Below, in pieces: positions 63,320 to 64,000 of a stretch of DNA of 64,000 nt. The translations under genes were made by a program, and so were the position numbers. The stretch comes from Mobula hypostoma (taxonomy: Eukaryota): contig NC_086097.1 of NCBI RefSeq assembly GCF_963921235.1, forward strand, positions 182,158,001-182,222,000, read 5' to 3'. Under the pieces are notes generated by a model that was not told the origin of the DNA, ran no database searches, and was given only the letters and a program-made list of their open reading frames with translations. Positions within the stretch are counted from its first letter, which is position 1. The number at the start of each line of letters is the position of its first letter.

Positions 63320-63915
63320 GTGGGACCATATCTCCCCTTGTTCCTGTCTGTGAGGGACTGTATCTCCCCTTGTTCCTGTCTGTGAGGGACTGTATCTCCC
63401 CTTGTTCCTGTCTGTGAGGGACTGTATCTCCCCTTGTTCCTGTCTGTGAGGAACTGTATCTCCCTCTGTTCCTGTCTGTGAGTGACTGTATCTCCCCCTG
63501 TTCCTGTCTGTGAGGGACTGTATCTCCCTCGGTTCCTGTCTGTAAGGGACTGTATCTCCCCCTGTTCCTGTGTGTGAGGGACTGTATCTCCCCCTGTTCC
63601 TGTCTGTGAGTGACTGTATCTCCCCCTGTTCCTGTCTGTGAGTGATTGTATCTCCTTCTGTTCCTGTCTGTGAGGGACTGTATCTCCCCCTGTTCCTGTC
63701 TGTGAGGGACTGTATCTAACCCTGTTCCTGTCTGTGAGGGACTGTTTCTCCCCCTGTTCCTGTCTGTGAGGGACTGTAACCCTGTTCCTATCTGTGAGGG
63801 ACTGTGTCTAACCCTTTTCCTCTCTGTGAGGGACTGTGTCTAACCCTTTTCCTCTCTGTGTGGACTTTATCTCCCCCTGTTCCTGTCTGTGTGGGACTGT
63901 ATCTCCCCTTGTTCA
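63320..63915. repeat. 32-bp minisatellite (gagggactgtatctccccttgttcctgtctgt), about 18-19 copies
   Basis: Units start at 63352, 63384, 63416 and so on. Shorter variant units appear toward the 3' end, and degenerate precursors run from ~63200. Confidence 0.95.
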
Positions 63916-64000
63916 TGACTGTAGCTCATGCTGTGGCAGTCACCTTTACTTATACCTCCATTCTGTGGTGACTGGTGTAAGCAGTCAGGTAATTATCAGC

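Noticed and set aside
63320..63915. CRISPR-like regular 32-bp periodicity
   Set aside because: The units are head-to-tail with no unique spacers, there are no cas genes and the context is vertebrate.

Overview
This is eukaryotic, repeat-dense, intronic DNA. Its CR1, Rex1, HE1-type SINE and Penelope-derived repeats point to a cartilaginous fish, probably a ray or shark (inference). The only host coding sequence I can support is two + strand exons (40690-40794 and 60733-60901) that join in frame to give the N-terminal half of the split PH domain of an AGAP/centaurin-gamma gene, most likely AGAP3. The rest is intron filled with CR1 and Rex1/Babar LINE fragments, SINEs, two IR/DR Tc1 elements, a Tigger/pogo derivative, a deleted Gypsy provirus with a CTCCT target-site duplication (TSD) and two minisatellites. 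The most interesting signals are: (i) a family of ~95-125 bp TSD-flanked insertions carrying minimal type I hammerhead ribozyme motifs; (ii) a CpG-rich 129-nt candidate poison exon at 9529-9657 that appears to fold into one long hairpin; (iii) several repeat-free, homeodomain-site-rich islands that could be enhancers of a neighbouring GBX gene; and (iv) a nested transposon stack. LINE and SINE boundaries are approximate unless a TSD or TIR is quoted. No database searches or folding programs were run.
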